From positions 1-63,896 of IMG/VR virus record IMGVR_UViG_3300044516_000384: DNA of 63,896 nucleotides; one strand, written 5' to 3'. The notes below the pieces were generated by a model, which worked only from the letters and a program-made list of their open reading frames with translations, made no database searches and was not told where the DNA came from. The position numbers were made by a program, and so were the translations under genes. Each line of letters begins with the position of its first letter. Position 1 is the first letter of the stretch. This document shows positions 30,031 to 40,565 of this stretch, one piece after another. The stretch comes from a virus. Taxonomy: Duplodnaviria; Caudoviricetes.

Positions 30031-31674
30031 TTACGACGGATCTACCGTCACATCAGAAGTGTTAGACAACGATCCAGTCCATGCCGTGTCTGCATCGTTC
30101 TCCTTGTATACGGTCATTGTGCCACTTGCTACGGCTACCTTATTACGCAGTGATCGCAATGCAGAACGGACAGTACGCTCGTTCAACGTACCAGCGTTAG
30201 TACCGTTGCCAAGGTCTGCGCTTAGAATGTCGCTGGCGACAGATAGTAGCTTGATAGTCATTACCGCGCCGTTAGTCCCTGCAGCACCCTTTACAACAAC
30301 TGTAACATCATCAGCACCTAGGGCTACCGCAGCATCAGGCAGATCTAAACGGTAAACACCCGGCATGGTAGAAGCGTCAACTTCTTTAAATCCACCAGAC
30401 ACCCAACCGTCAGTCATATACGTTAGATTGACAAGTGTTATTGGTACGCGGTTACTACGTGTGCGGTTGTAAGTAGCTGTCAACCCAGCGGTTGTCGCTG
30501 TAAGACCTGTAACACCAAGGTATAGTTCAATACTTTGTGATGTGCTACCGGGAACAATTGTAATTGCACTAGAGTTCCGATCGGTTGGGTTGTATGCGGG
30601 GTTGATGGTTGCTAGTGTTTTGTATGTAGATGCTCCAGCATCTGGTGATGTACCAGACCAAGGGAATCCATAGATGTCTGTTGTTGGCGCACCACTAGCA
30701 GTACCAAACGATGTATTTGCACCACCTAATTGCGTTGCGTGTATAGCCGTTGTATTTAAACCATTGATTAAGGAATAACCGTCTTCTATGCCAGCATCAT
30801 AACTATTGGACGATGTTACAGACGTTGCTACTTGATACATTCCAGATTGCATCAGTCGATTATATTCCTGCACAATATGTCCAGTAATTGATGAGTTAAA
30901 TGCACTTTGTATTCCAACAAATAAACAGTTTCTCACGTACGTTGGGTATATCAAAGACCCAGATGCACTCTGTATCGCTATATTCGGAGTATTTATAAAT
31001 GTGCAGTTAAAAAAGGATACAGACACACTTACTAAATATAAAAATGGACCTAATACTCCAGTGTGAAAAATACAGTTTTTTACAGATGTTGTATCGGAAA
31101 CATTGTTTCCGTAAAGTCCAATAAGTGCAGCACCAGAATAGTTAACCTGCCCACCACCCATTACACATCTATCAAGTGTCGCATTTAGTGCTAATGAAGC
31201 AGGGGCAGTCATATTTATTAAAGGCGCACCATATCCAGTATGACGAAATGTGCATTTTGTAAAACTATTGTTCTGCCCTAAAAGCAAATCTACACATCTT
31301 GCAGAGAAACTACTAGCGTTATTTTCAAACGCAATGCTAGAAAATGCTAGATTTGATTTAGCCGACCCGTTAACTAAGACACCAGAATAAACAGAAGTTC
31401 CAGCGGAGTTTACGTTCGTAATAAATACCTTCCCAGCCGTCAAACCACTAAACTGTGTACATAGCGGGTCACCAGTTACAAACGTACTTGATGAATAAGT
31501 ACCCCCAATTACAACCTGTGCAGCATAACGCCCCGGTGCAATATAAACGGTATCCCCACCGGTTATACCAGTGGCTCCTAATGCTTTTGCTATTGTTGCC
31601 CACGCTTGTGCAGTAGATGAACCTAAACCCGTATTTAAATCGTTGCCATCAGGACGAACATAATAGGTTGCCAT
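30031..31674 (-). CDS. Right-handed beta-helix (pectin-lyase-fold) spike/fibre protein
   Basis: YYVRPDGND...AWATIAKAL...GGDTVYIAPGRY start; periodic KCTF/NCIF/NCTF/NCLF; TDIYG.P....PDAGA cap. Confidence 0.75.
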   Translation of the reverse strand: MATYYVRPDGNDLNTGLGSSTAQAWATIAKALGATGITGGDTVYIAPGRYAAQVVIGGTYSSSTFVTGDPLCTQFSGLTAGKVFITNVNSAGTSVYSGVLVNGSAKSNLAFSSIAFENNASSFSARCVDLLLGQNNSFTKCTFRHTGYGAPLINMTAPASLALNATLDRCVMGGGQVNYSGAALIGLYGNNVSDTTSVKNCIFHTGVLGPFLYLVSVSVSFFNCTFINTPNIAIQSASGSLIYPTYVRNCLFVGIQSAFNSSITGHIVQEYNRLMQSGMYQVATSVTSSNSYDAGIEDGYSLINGLNTTAIHATQLGGANTSFGTASGAPTTDIYGFPWSGTSPDAGASTYKTLATINPAYNPTDRNSSAITIVPGSTSQSIELYLGVTGLTATTAGLTATYNRTRSNRVPITLVNLTYMTDGWVSGGFKEVDASTMPGVYRLDLPDAAVALGADDVTVVVKGAAGTNGAVMTIKLLSVASDILSADLGNGTNAGTLNERTVRSALRSLRNKVAVASGTMTVYKENDADTAWTGSLSNTSDVTVDPS

Positions 31675-31901
31675 TAGATAGCATCTCCATATGCAATTTG
31701 ACGCGCCATAATCGAACTAAATTGACTTACATAAGCTAACTGAAAATCTATCACTTGTTGATTCCACCAAGTAAAAACACTCGTGCCGTCAGGCCCAAAA
31801 GTGCCTAACAGGATATTATTTTCATCGTAGATGTCACCTTTAATAATCCAATCTCCGGGAACATCTGGATTTGGTGTACATGAATAGTTTTGTACGTTCA
31901 C
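31674..31901 (-). CDS. Hypothetical protein
   Basis: 75-aa ORF with overlapping start/stop codons. Confidence 0.6.
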   Translation of the reverse strand: MNVQNYSCTPNPDVPGDWIIKGDIYDENNILLGTFGPDGTSVFTWWNQQVIDFQLAYVSQFSSIMARQIAYGDAI

Positions 31902-32089
31902 TTCTTTACCTTCCTGTTTGCAATAGCAACCAACGTAAGATCACGTAGCATCTCAAGGTCTGATGTACTCATAAAGTCTAGGTTGTCAGCAATCTGACGC
32001 AATACCAAAGCCTCACCAAAAGGCACTTTGACTTCAGGGACGTTAGCGATCTTCTTTACAAACTTGCTTAGCCAAGACATGTTATTCAC
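31898..32089 (-). CDS. Hypothetical protein, amphipathic N-terminus
   Basis: 63-aa ORF, MSWLSKFVKKI. Confidence 0.6.
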   Translation of the reverse strand: MNNMSWLSKFVKKIANVPEVKVPFGEALVLRQIADNLDFMSTSDLEMLRDLTLVAIANRKVKK

Positions 32090-32360
32090 CTAGCTTCTTT
32101 ACAATTTTTTCAGCCATTGCATTTACCAATTGAACTGATCGTAGTCCTAGTGTTCCAACAGCAAATGCGACACCTACTACCTGCTCAGGTGTTGTCCATT
32201 GGAATTGTTTAGCAATAAGTGGTGTGAGATAAACAGCAGATATCGTGCCGACAACTACACCGGCTAGACCATGCCAAAGGTTTTTCACTTTGGTTTTGTC
32301 CCACCAGTCAGTGCCAGCAACTGCACCAATGGCTCCTGCAATCAGCTGATCTCTATCCAT
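32082..32360 (-). CDS. Putative holin
   Basis: Small protein with 2-3 hydrophobic segments (GTISAVYLTPLI; AFAVGTLGL) and a basic C-terminus. Confidence 0.7.
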   Translation of the reverse strand: MDRDQLIAGAIGAVAGTDWWDKTKVKNLWHGLAGVVVGTISAVYLTPLIAKQFQWTTPEQVVGVAFAVGTLGLRSVQLVNAMAEKIVKKLGE

Positions 32361-32649
32361 CGATGTCCCTCGTCGTTTCACTGATCTTGGTAACCTCCGG
32401 TAATCGTGTCGAAAACACAGGCAAGCTACTATCTTGTCGCATAAAGAAAGCAATCAACGCAGTAGTCATTGCAGGTATACCAGAGCGGAACCCTTCAATG
32501 CCAGCAAGTAACAAAGCACGAGTAACTGTACCAAAGGTTGCGTTATCTGGTATGTGTTGCATTTTCCAAGAAGCGTCAAACTCAGGGGCAGCACTAGCCA
32601 TAAAAGCGGCTATTGCTATTAGGATTAATCTAGACCAAGCTATTTTCAT
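32353..32649 (-). CDS. Membrane protein (holin/antiholin-like)
   Basis: Two hydrophobic segments; adjacent to the holin. Confidence 0.45.
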   Translation of the reverse strand: MKIAWSRLILIAIAAFMASAAPEFDASWKMQHIPDNATFGTVTRALLLAGIEGFRSGIPAMTTALIAFFMRQDSSLPVFSTRLPEVTKISETTRDIDG

Positions 32650-33344
32650 TTAGTACCTTGCGCAATCGGTGGAATACTAAATAGGCCATTAGGACCTTTT
32701 AAAGACATATCCATTTTTGTCCATAGCTGCATCCTAACTTGATCATACCAATCTTTCCAAAATGCTCTTCCTACTAATGATGGATCATCGTAGTTTTTTA
32801 ATGCAATTTTTTGTGCAGCATAAGCAGGAAGTGCTTGCAGTAATAAATCATCGCTTACAAAAGAATAAGTGCCAGATCCTTCGAGGATAGCAGTCTGTAA
32901 TCCTGATCCAGTAATTGTAAATGATGTAGATGCAGTAGGTGCGTAATACAAACCTATAGCTGTAGTTCCAATCCTATACCAATAAGATGGAGTTCCAGTT
33001 ACAGATAAATAGTTTGAATCATATGACCGCAGTTCATTTTCACCACAATGAATTAAGGGTGTAGTAGCAGCCGATAATTTAATATCGATTGGACTTACAA
33101 GCAACCCTTGTGCGTGTGAATAAATTCTGCCAGTATGACCAGTAACATTAATACTTACAGGAAAGTAAACACACGTCCTACACATATCTGCTGCTGCTTC
33201 ATTTAAATAAAGCAGTATTGCATCATCCGTATCTGATGTAGCAGTACCACCAACACCAGTTGCGACTTCACCAACTACAGTGTCATTTACCTCGTTTAAA
33301 AGTCTAAGGGTTTCTAGTCGTAATGTAGTAAAGCCAACAGCCAT
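32646..33344 (-). CDS. Head-tail adaptor / tail tubular A-like protein
   Basis: LYLNEA..D.CR.C, TGTPSYWY, IGLY.AP motifs; follows capsid genes. Confidence 0.65.
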   Translation of the reverse strand: MAVGFTTLRLETLRLLNEVNDTVVGEVATGVGGTATSDTDDAILLYLNEAAADMCRTCVYFPVSINVTGHTGRIYSHAQGLLVSPIDIKLSAATTPLIHCGENELRSYDSNYLSVTGTPSYWYRIGTTAIGLYYAPTASTSFTITGSGLQTAILEGSGTYSFVSDDLLLQALPAYAAQKIALKNYDDPSLVGRAFWKDWYDQVRMQLWTKMDMSLKGPNGLFSIPPIAQGTK

Positions 33345-33991
33345 TACCGTGCCCTCCGCATATATACTGATGCAAAATTCTCCACCATGGAGAGACGATC
33401 TAAGTATTCGGCTTTAAATACTTGCATGCCATTCATATCAAGCATTTGCATTGCTCTTGCTTGCAATACTCCATATACAAGGCAGTCATGTGCTACTTCT
33501 GGTAAAGGGCAAGTAGTAGCATCAGTATTAGGTAACGCAGCCCCAGCGGAATCATATTCCCAGATATCACCGGGTTGAGCATAGCCTTCAATTAACAATC
33601 CGTTTGGCACAGTCACGTTTGTTGCGGGGTAAACACTAATTGAATTCATGCCACGTGTAACTACAATGTCTGGACGTTGAGCAGGTGGCTCATTTAACCA
33701 GCGTGTAATGTACTGGTTGTCAAAATTGAATAAGCGAGTATCTTCATACTCGTCGGTTGTGTTTTTAATTTTAATTAACTTAATTTTGTAGATGTCTGGA
33801 GCACAGTAATCATTGACATTTAAAGTCAAATCTAAATACCGACGACCAACCAGACAGTCCGTTTGACGAGCTATCTGATTGGCCGTTTCAATAATTAAGT
33901 AGTCTAGGCCAAATGGATCACGATCAGCATCGGTGCCAAAGTAATTTCTACCTAGCATCCTAACATTACGTTTAACTTGACCTAGATTCAT
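33344..33991 (-). CDS. Head-tail adaptor protein
   Basis: MNL.Q....R start, IAR.TDCL, ISVYPA, LPEVAHDCLVYG motifs. Confidence 0.7.
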   Translation of the reverse strand: MNLGQVKRNVRMLGRNYFGTDADRDPFGLDYLIIETANQIARQTDCLVGRRYLDLTLNVNDYCAPDIYKIKLIKIKNTTDEYEDTRLFNFDNQYITRWLNEPPAQRPDIVVTRGMNSISVYPATNVTVPNGLLIEGYAQPGDIWEYDSAGAALPNTDATTCPLPEVAHDCLVYGVLQARAMQMLDMNGMQVFKAEYLDRLSMVENFASVYMRRAR

Positions 33992-33993
33992 AA

Positions 33994-34542
33994 TTAGATT
34001 ACACCTTCACGACTATTTTGAACGTGCATGCGAGTAAGGGTAATTACCGCGCCTGTACGCGCTGTAGCACTTGTAATTTTTAATTTCAAGAACTTAGCGT
34101 AGGACTGTAACGGCAATACAATCATGTCATCTCCAGCGGCAGCTGCTGCAACATAAGTTGTCTGAGACAAAATAGTACCAGTAGCAGGAGTAAATCCAGA
34201 AGTATTAGACCCATGCAACTCTACTAGGATAGTATCAGCAGCAGTTAATCCAGTATGGTTTAACATAACCTGTACATATAGTGGGCGAATAACCTGACCA
34301 CGAACATAGTCGTCGGCAGTTACCGATCCATCAGCATTAGCATCCATTACTGCATTAGTAACGCCGTTAGTGACAAGGCCACCATAGTTTAATTCTACAG
34401 AAGTAGCAGTAACGTTACCAGTTGTAGTTGCATTCATAGTCAATGCGACTACACCATTAACAGATGCGTTACTAATTAAATACGTGGTAGCAGTCGCGGG
34501 GTTTGCAACGGCAAACGCGAATGTAAGTTTAGCGTCTCTCAT
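33994..34542 (-). CDS. Capsid cement/decoration protein
   Basis: Directly after the capsid gene; RDAKL.F start; all-beta composition. Confidence 0.55.
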   Translation of the reverse strand: MRDAKLTFAFAVANPATATTYLISNASVNGVVALTMNATTTGNVTATSVELNYGGLVTNGVTNAVMDANADGSVTADDYVRGQVIRPLYVQVMLNHTGLTAADTILVELHGSNTSGFTPATGTILSQTTYVAAAAAGDDMIVLPLQSYAKFLKLKITSATARTGAVITLTRMHVQNSREGVI

Positions 34543-34554
34543 ATCAATTTCTCC

Positions 34555-35568
34555 TTAGTTGGTAGCCAAACGTAATCTACCAATAGACCGTGTATGCGGC
34601 ATCCAAAGTCCCATACCCCAGTCAAACAAGATGTTGTGCATGATTCCGTTTTCAGCAGACTTGCCAAGATACTCTGGCTTGAATGGACCAGACTGCCAAC
34701 CCTGTACATATCCAGTTCCATAACGAACAGCATAGATGTCGTTAAAGTTTGTAGGAGCTGTAATGACAGGCGTTGTTCCGTTAAGCTTACGCCCTACAGT
34801 GCGAACTGTAGCGCCCTTGTACTTGTCAACCGTACGATCAAACGCATCAACGTCGGTGTTAAAACCAGTACCAGCGCCAAGTTGTCGAATCAAGAACTCA
34901 ATACGTCTCTTAGTTTCTTCATTCATATATAAGACAACACCATCGCCATCAGGCGTATTCATATTGTCAAACAATTCCTGAATTGCACTAATAACACCAT
35001 TAGCTTCAAGTGCATTATAACTAGAAGTTGTATCTAATGATGCTACGCCTGAAGCAGGCGCTACAAGACAGTCTGACGGAATATCGTAGTCAGCAGCATG
35101 CTCTAAACGATACTTTAATCCGGGGAAACAATCTGGCGAGTTACCAGAAGCAGCGGAAGTTGGGTCGTTATTAATGTACTTGTCATTAAAATCGTACGCA
35201 AAACCTTCCATAAAAATCTTGACCTGAGCTTCTACCGGATCAACAATTGTGTTCTGCTGATCAAGCAATCGCTTGTCAATAGTAATCTTGTTGCGGATGA
35301 GGTACATCTGCTCTTCGTAAGACTTTGGCTTGCCCTTGACTGCATTAGGCTCAGAGTTGATAGCGGACCACGTTGGAGTAGGAATTGTTCCTGCTTCATT
35401 CGTGTAGCGCACACCCTTCTGGCTCAACTGCGGAGAAGTGTAAAACGGAATATCCTTGATCGCGTTCCAAGTCTGGTGCAAAGACTTAGTGATTTCCTTA
35501 ACGAGTGGATCGTTAGAGAGAATCGCTTGATCGGCAAGTGTAAGGGCACCTGTGAAATCGATAGCCAT
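34555..35568 (-). CDS. Major capsid protein
   Basis: 337 aa after portal and scaffold; ALTLAD..., DIPF, I.ID..L, YIN.D...P..F.GL..R, IYAVRYG, IGRL. Confidence 0.85.
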   Translation of the reverse strand: MAIDFTGALTLADQAILSNDPLVKEITKSLHQTWNAIKDIPFYTSPQLSQKGVRYTNEAGTIPTPTWSAINSEPNAVKGKPKSYEEQMYLIRNKITIDKRLLDQQNTIVDPVEAQVKIFMEGFAYDFNDKYINNDPTSAASGNSPDCFPGLKYRLEHAADYDIPSDCLVAPASGVASLDTTSSYNALEANGVISAIQELFDNMNTPDGDGVVLYMNEETKRRIEFLIRQLGAGTGFNTDVDAFDRTVDKYKGATVRTVGRKLNGTTPVITAPTNFNDIYAVRYGTGYVQGWQSGPFKPEYLGKSAENGIMHNILFDWGMGLWMPHTRSIGRLRLATN

Positions 35569-35583
35569 AGTAATTGTCCTTTA

Positions 35584-36450
35584 TTAATTACCAATTCCAA
35601 GCAATCTACTTAAACCACTTAAAGATGGTCTCCGAGATTGAGATGGTTGTTGAACGACGGGTTGTGCAGAATATCCAGTATCAATAGGAGTAGGTACGGA
35701 TCTTCTTTCATCAAGCATATTGACCAGTTCAGGTACTAATGACTCGACAAGTCCAGCTACTTGTTGATGTACTGCTTGAGCTGCATCTACTGGCGAAACA
35801 CCAGATTGAATTAACTTATCGACTACATCTTCAGCTCTACGTGCATAAGGAAATGATTCAAATGCAGCAGCGCGTTGCTGAGTAATCATATAGTTATTCA
35901 TCTCACCCATTACGCGGTCGTAGCGCATAGAGCTGATTTCAGCTTCTGCCCTAGCCTCCGCAATAGATGGATCTACATAAGAAGTTTCAACTTGTTCCTG
36001 CCATTTGTTGCGAATATTTTGCTCTTGTTGAGCTAGTTCCTGTTCCTGACGCGCCTTTTGCAGGTCTGCTGCCGACTGGAATCCATTCGCCTCGAACTGC
36101 TTAATTACATCGGCCCACTTGTTATAAGCGTCCTGTGCTTTACGCAATTCCTTTGCTTCATCGTTTACTTCTCTGAAGCGCTCATAAGGTACGTTTCCCG
36201 GTTGTTGATTATTACCAACAGTATCGAGTAACTTCTGCCTTACCTTAGATTCAATATCTTCACTTGAAAATAAATCATCATATGTTTCACTGCTGTTATT
36301 TTGATCTGTATCACTATGACTGTTTAACGCCCCATTGTCACTTGCATCGGAAGGGGCGACCTCCCGAATATGATCCATCAATGCTCCAGCCATACCGCCC
36401 GGTGCCGCTGCTGGTGAGTCAGCGGTTCGTGTCACCATCTCTTCGGACAT
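35584..36450 (-). CDS. Capsid scaffolding protein
   Basis: Acidic helical protein between portal and capsid genes; VPYERFREVN motif. Confidence 0.8.
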   Translation of the reverse strand: MSEEMVTRTADSPAAAPGGMAGALMDHIREVAPSDASDNGALNSHSDTDQNNSSETYDDLFSSEDIESKVRQKLLDTVGNNQQPGNVPYERFREVNDEAKELRKAQDAYNKWADVIKQFEANGFQSAADLQKARQEQELAQQEQNIRNKWQEQVETSYVDPSIAEARAEAEISSMRYDRVMGEMNNYMITQQRAAAFESFPYARRAEDVVDKLIQSGVSPVDAAQAVHQQVAGLVESLVPELVNMLDERRSVPTPIDTGYSAQPVVQQPSQSRRPSLSGLSRLLGIGN

Positions 36451-38664
36451 TTATATATTACCCTCTATTCCTTTTTCCGTGCCAGCCTGTGTAGGTTCTG
36501 GCTGCATGGCTTGCATCAAACGTTGCTTGCCAAGATCTGCCATAGCGAAATCTTCATTCGCTTGAGCTTCAAGTCCAGCCTTTGTAGTAGCAAGAGTAAT
36601 ATCCGCTTGCAACTTAGCTTGAATTTCTGCAGTCTTCTTTCCAATTTCAATTTGAGCTTTTGCTTGCTCAACTTCAGGATTGAATTCTTCTTTTGGTTGT
36701 TGTTGTGCAGCAGCTTGTTGTTGCATCATCATCATCTGCTGCTCTTGCATCTGCTGTTGTTTAACTGCTTGCTTCTCTAAATGTTCATAGATTTTGCTTG
36801 CATTGGGCATGCTAGTAAGGTCCACAAACAATCTGTTTGTTTCAGGATCCATTGGATCTCCAAGAACACCCATTTGTCTGAGTGCAGCAAGTTTCTGCAA
36901 CTTCTGGTCAGGACTATCTTCCATAGATGATCCGGGCACGTAAACAATACGGTGCTTTCCACCAGCTCTCAATGCATCAAAACGCATGATGCCTTGTCTG
37001 ATTTGATCAAGTGGAAGCATGTTGCCCTGCATGTTTCCAACAAATGGCAAGATGCCAAATTGCTCAACAAGAGATACTTCCCATTCTTTAATCTTTGCAG
37101 ATGACGTTTCAATATCTGCGCGGACATATGAGTGCTGCGTGTTATCGGATCGCTGTAATAACCTAACGGATTCAGCTGGTGTTCCAGCACTAGCCTGTCC
37201 TTGTGAAACATCATGTAACCCAGCAACATCCATCATGTCGCGCTCAATAAATTGCAGGAAAGGAAATAGGTCTGAGCCAACACCCGGTGCTCTTTGGATA
37301 GTAGGTGGATGACTACCTCTCTTATAGTTGATACGTCTATAGATTCTATTCTTGTCGTCAATCTCATCTGACATGTTGTCGTAAGCGTCAGCTCCAACAC
37401 CACTTAAGTTTTCAACAAGCACATAGTCCTTCTGGCCTTCAAACTGTTCGAGTAGTCTGGAGTACACACGGTTATACGTAGACTGTAGACTGGTTAATTC
37501 AAACCCAAGACTACATCCATATGGAGTACCCGCACGGGGTTGCCATCGCAGTGGAATAAATGGAAAAGAATCACGTTTTTCATATGGCCAAATACCGGCA
37601 TACAACAACGCACTATTTGTGCTAACGATATATCGCCCTTTTGGATAGAGCTTTGATGGTTTTTCCCAGTACTCATAAACAATAGCAGCCATCTTCTTTG
37701 CGTCATAATCATTTGTTACGGCAGAAGACTTTGGTGTAAATCCACGACCAACCCCACCAGCACCTGACAGATATGCATCTACAAATCCTGCATTCTGACC
37801 AACGCCAGCATCAGGCTGTACTGCCTTACCTGCTTCACCATACGAATCTACAAACCAAGATAACGGCTTAACCATCGCATGAATAAGCCAGCGTACATCA
37901 TCATCACGCTTTGCAGATGGATCTAAGAAGACATCAAATGCTGGAAGGATTTGTTCTACAACATCTCCTACATTCATCTTGGTGTGACCAATTACTTCAG
38001 TGCCAGTAGGGTCCATCTGAGGGACAATCTGCTCTCTATTGCTGTCCCAAAAAATCTTTAAGTAAGATGTTCCACAAACACAAGCCCATCTAACACGTTC
38101 TTTTGTTTGTGTCTCTCTATCAAACTTTCTGTTGTAATGACTAATTAAGTAGTTAGCTTCATCTGACGCCGCTCTATCAACTGGATTATCGCTTACTGGA
38201 ACAGACGATGAATCAGGAGCGCACTGTGTAAGTTTTCCAACAACACCATCAATAAGAGGACGCATCTTATTGACGGTCATATACCTATTAGGCTCTTTGT
38301 CATTTTGAAGAGACACTAGATTCCTTGATTGACTTTCAATCCGAAACCATTGCCGTCCCTCAAAAAAGGCAGTAGCCATTGCCCATTCAAGTTCCATCTC
38401 TTGTCTATTGCGGTATGACAAATCAAATTGCGTTTTAACAAACGTCATTAATTTTTTGGCTTGATCTACTTGTTCTTTTGGTTCTACTTTCCAATCCTTG
38501 GTTTCAACATCAATATTTAGATTGTCTTTGTTATCTTTAGTAATGTTTCCAGTATCAAAACTGCCAACAGTTCCAGTAGCTTCTTTTCTTTGAAACATGG
38601 ACATCTTTTGTTGTTTAGTATTCAATAACGAATTACGAACCATTGATTGAAGTTGATCTTCCAT
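36451..38664 (-). CDS. Portal protein (P22-like, long C-terminal coiled coil)
   Basis: F.EG.QW, VNKMRP, LQ..YNR, DVAGLHDVSQG motifs; follows TerL. Confidence 0.88.
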   Translation of the reverse strand: MEDQLQSMVRNSLLNTKQQKMSMFQRKEATGTVGSFDTGNITKDNKDNLNIDVETKDWKVEPKEQVDQAKKLMTFVKTQFDLSYRNRQEMELEWAMATAFFEGRQWFRIESQSRNLVSLQNDKEPNRYMTVNKMRPLIDGVVGKLTQCAPDSSSVPVSDNPVDRAASDEANYLISHYNRKFDRETQTKERVRWACVCGTSYLKIFWDSNREQIVPQMDPTGTEVIGHTKMNVGDVVEQILPAFDVFLDPSAKRDDDVRWLIHAMVKPLSWFVDSYGEAGKAVQPDAGVGQNAGFVDAYLSGAGGVGRGFTPKSSAVTNDYDAKKMAAIVYEYWEKPSKLYPKGRYIVSTNSALLYAGIWPYEKRDSFPFIPLRWQPRAGTPYGCSLGFELTSLQSTYNRVYSRLLEQFEGQKDYVLVENLSGVGADAYDNMSDEIDDKNRIYRRINYKRGSHPPTIQRAPGVGSDLFPFLQFIERDMMDVAGLHDVSQGQASAGTPAESVRLLQRSDNTQHSYVRADIETSSAKIKEWEVSLVEQFGILPFVGNMQGNMLPLDQIRQGIMRFDALRAGGKHRIVYVPGSSMEDSPDQKLQKLAALRQMGVLGDPMDPETNRLFVDLTSMPNASKIYEHLEKQAVKQQQMQEQQMMMMQQQAAAQQQPKEEFNPEVEQAKAQIEIGKKTAEIQAKLQADITLATTKAGLEAQANEDFAMADLGKQRLMQAMQPEPTQAGTEKGIEGNI

Positions 38665-38673
38665 TTTAGTCTC

Positions 38674-38823
38674 CTAAACCCATTTGCCAGATGCTTCAAT
38701 CTTAGTTACTAAAATCTTTTCATCTTTAATATCATTCATGATAACGGCTAACTTGCCAATAAATGCAGTCATTACTAACTGAGTCAAACACATTACCAAT
38801 AATACACATCCGGTTAAATCCAT
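38674..38823 (-). CDS. Small membrane protein, 49 aa, not in the ORF track
   Basis: MDLTGCVLLVMCLTQLVMTAFIGKLAVIM...KWV fills the TerL-portal gap; GGAG RBS. Confidence 0.6.
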   Translation of the reverse strand: MDLTGCVLLVMCLTQLVMTAFIGKLAVIMNDIKDEKILVTKIEASGKWV

Positions 38824-40565
38824 TTTGTTTCTCCATCTCGCTTATTTTTCATCCATGTGGGTACATACTTCTTTCCCACTCTGTCTGCCTCTTCCGTCTC
38901 TGGGCAGCGAACAGGATACTCACGCCACATAACACCGTAACGGAAACTATCAATAGCGTGGTCATTTTTTGTCCCATTATCAATATCCTCTGGATCTCTT
39001 GGATTAGCCATTGTATTAGATAACTGCTTGATCAAGTTAGGGGCAGCTCCTCTTACAATCTGTAATTTTGGCCTTAAATTACCTTCAACATATTCACTAG
39101 CCGCAACCCATTCTTTAACTCTGCGCCATCCAGCTTTTCTATCTTTTACTGCACGTACCGCAGGTATGTTCATTTCCCACCAAACTTCAACTGGATATTC
39201 ACCAATGCGTTCAGCTGCATTCATAGGAGGAAACGTATTTGCCCAGTCGAATGCTACAGCTTCTAGCTTGGTATTCCACTGACCACCTTCTTTCGCTTTG
39301 TCTTTCGGTGACGCATATCCACGCGTCTGTAGGAACTGTAATACCTTCTTTGCTTGGTCTGAACTGACTAAGCCAGCTTCATACACCTCACCGATGACAT
39401 AAACGTTTTCTCGTTCATCACTTGCGTACAAAATAAAACATGCTGGAGCACCAGTACCAAAGTCGTGGCTACCCCATATTCTCCACCAAGGTTGTACTTC
39501 AATGTGATCAATCACATGCCAAGGCTTACCAGTAGAATCATATTCCTTGAAGTCATTAAAGAATAATCCACCGACACCAACCTCGTGTTGACATTCACGT
39601 AAGAACGCTAACAGGCCATACGTGTCGATCTCGGCTTGACATACCTCTACGGACTTGTGTGACCACGTAGGCGTACCTGAATCAATCTTGTAGCCTACAC
39701 GTCCATCGTCACGTTCAAACGCCGTGTACTGCAAATTTTCAATTGCTGGAACGATAGGGCTTTGAATCCTATCTTGCAACATATCTAACTCACCACTTAG
39801 CACATGGGACATAACACTGTTTGCATGGATTCTATTCTGCACAAATACAATTGCGCAGTCAGTGCTTTTGGCTGGAAGAATTGTTTGAGTGATTGTTTTA
39901 ATCTTTTTTTCAACACCATTGACAGAATCGTCAAGCGCATCGATGTCGTCAAGAATAATCATATCTGGGCGTAAGTGATCTAACTTTACGCCACGAGCAC
40001 CAGTGTCAAGTCCAAAAGCAAGTACGTTAAATCCATTTGCTGTACGTAATTTACTAGCATTCCATCCGCGTGAGAAACCATACTTGTTGATAGCTCTCTC
40101 GATGCCACATCGCTCCATTGCTGTAGCAATATCACTAACGTGTCTATCCGCTGCATCTTGCGTTGCACAAACGTATACGGCAAACCTTCGTGTAGCTTTA
40201 ACTGCAAGTCTACTTACAATTAATTCCATGGTGGTTGATTTACCACCTCCACGAAACCAACACTCAATTAATGCTTTAGGGCTAGTGCCTTGCTGCAATG
40301 ATTCAGCCCACTTCCATGCGCGATGATGGTGTTCTGCTAACTTACTACTAGCGGCATGTGGTGCATAAGTCCTTAACCAAGATTCATACTCAAGCTCATG
40401 CCCTTGTAGCGGAGTCGCTTTACCACTGTCAAAATCACCATGCTCAATAGCCTGTGATAATTCAGTATCCATTGCTTCAAGTAATGCAATTTGCAAGGGT
40501 TTATCTGGACGCACAAACTTGCGCAACGACCGTGGCGTCAAACGTGTATTTACACTACTCTTCAT
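38814..40565 (-). CDS. terL: Terminase large subunit
   Basis: FRGGGKST Walker A, IILDD Walker B, HDFG and DHAIDSFRY nuclease motifs. Confidence 0.93.
   Translation of the reverse strand: MKSSVNTRLTPRSLRKFVRPDKPLQIALLEAMDTELSQAIEHGDFDSGKATPLQGHELEYESWLRTYAPHAASSKLAEHHHRAWKWAESLQQGTSPKALIECWFRGGGKSTTMELIVSRLAVKATRRFAVYVCATQDAADRHVSDIATAMERCGIERAINKYGFSRGWNASKLRTANGFNVLAFGLDTGARGVKLDHLRPDMIILDDIDALDDSVNGVEKKIKTITQTILPAKSTDCAIVFVQNRIHANSVMSHVLSGELDMLQDRIQSPIVPAIENLQYTAFERDDGRVGYKIDSGTPTWSHKSVEVCQAEIDTYGLLAFLRECQHEVGVGGLFFNDFKEYDSTGKPWHVIDHIEVQPWWRIWGSHDFGTGAPACFILYASDERENVYVIGEVYEAGLVSSDQAKKVLQFLQTRGYASPKDKAKEGGQWNTKLEAVAFDWANTFPPMNAAERIGEYPVEVWWEMNIPAVRAVKDRKAGWRRVKEWVAASEYVEGNLRPKLQIVRGAAPNLIKQLSNTMANPRDPEDIDNGTKNDHAIDSFRYGVMWREYPVRCPETEEADRVGKKYVPTWMKNKRDGETKWI

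Noticed and set aside
27677-31674. Diversity-generating retroelement template/variable repeat pair
   Set aside because: Similarity is at the protein level, differences are not adenine-specific, and no reverse transcriptase is present.
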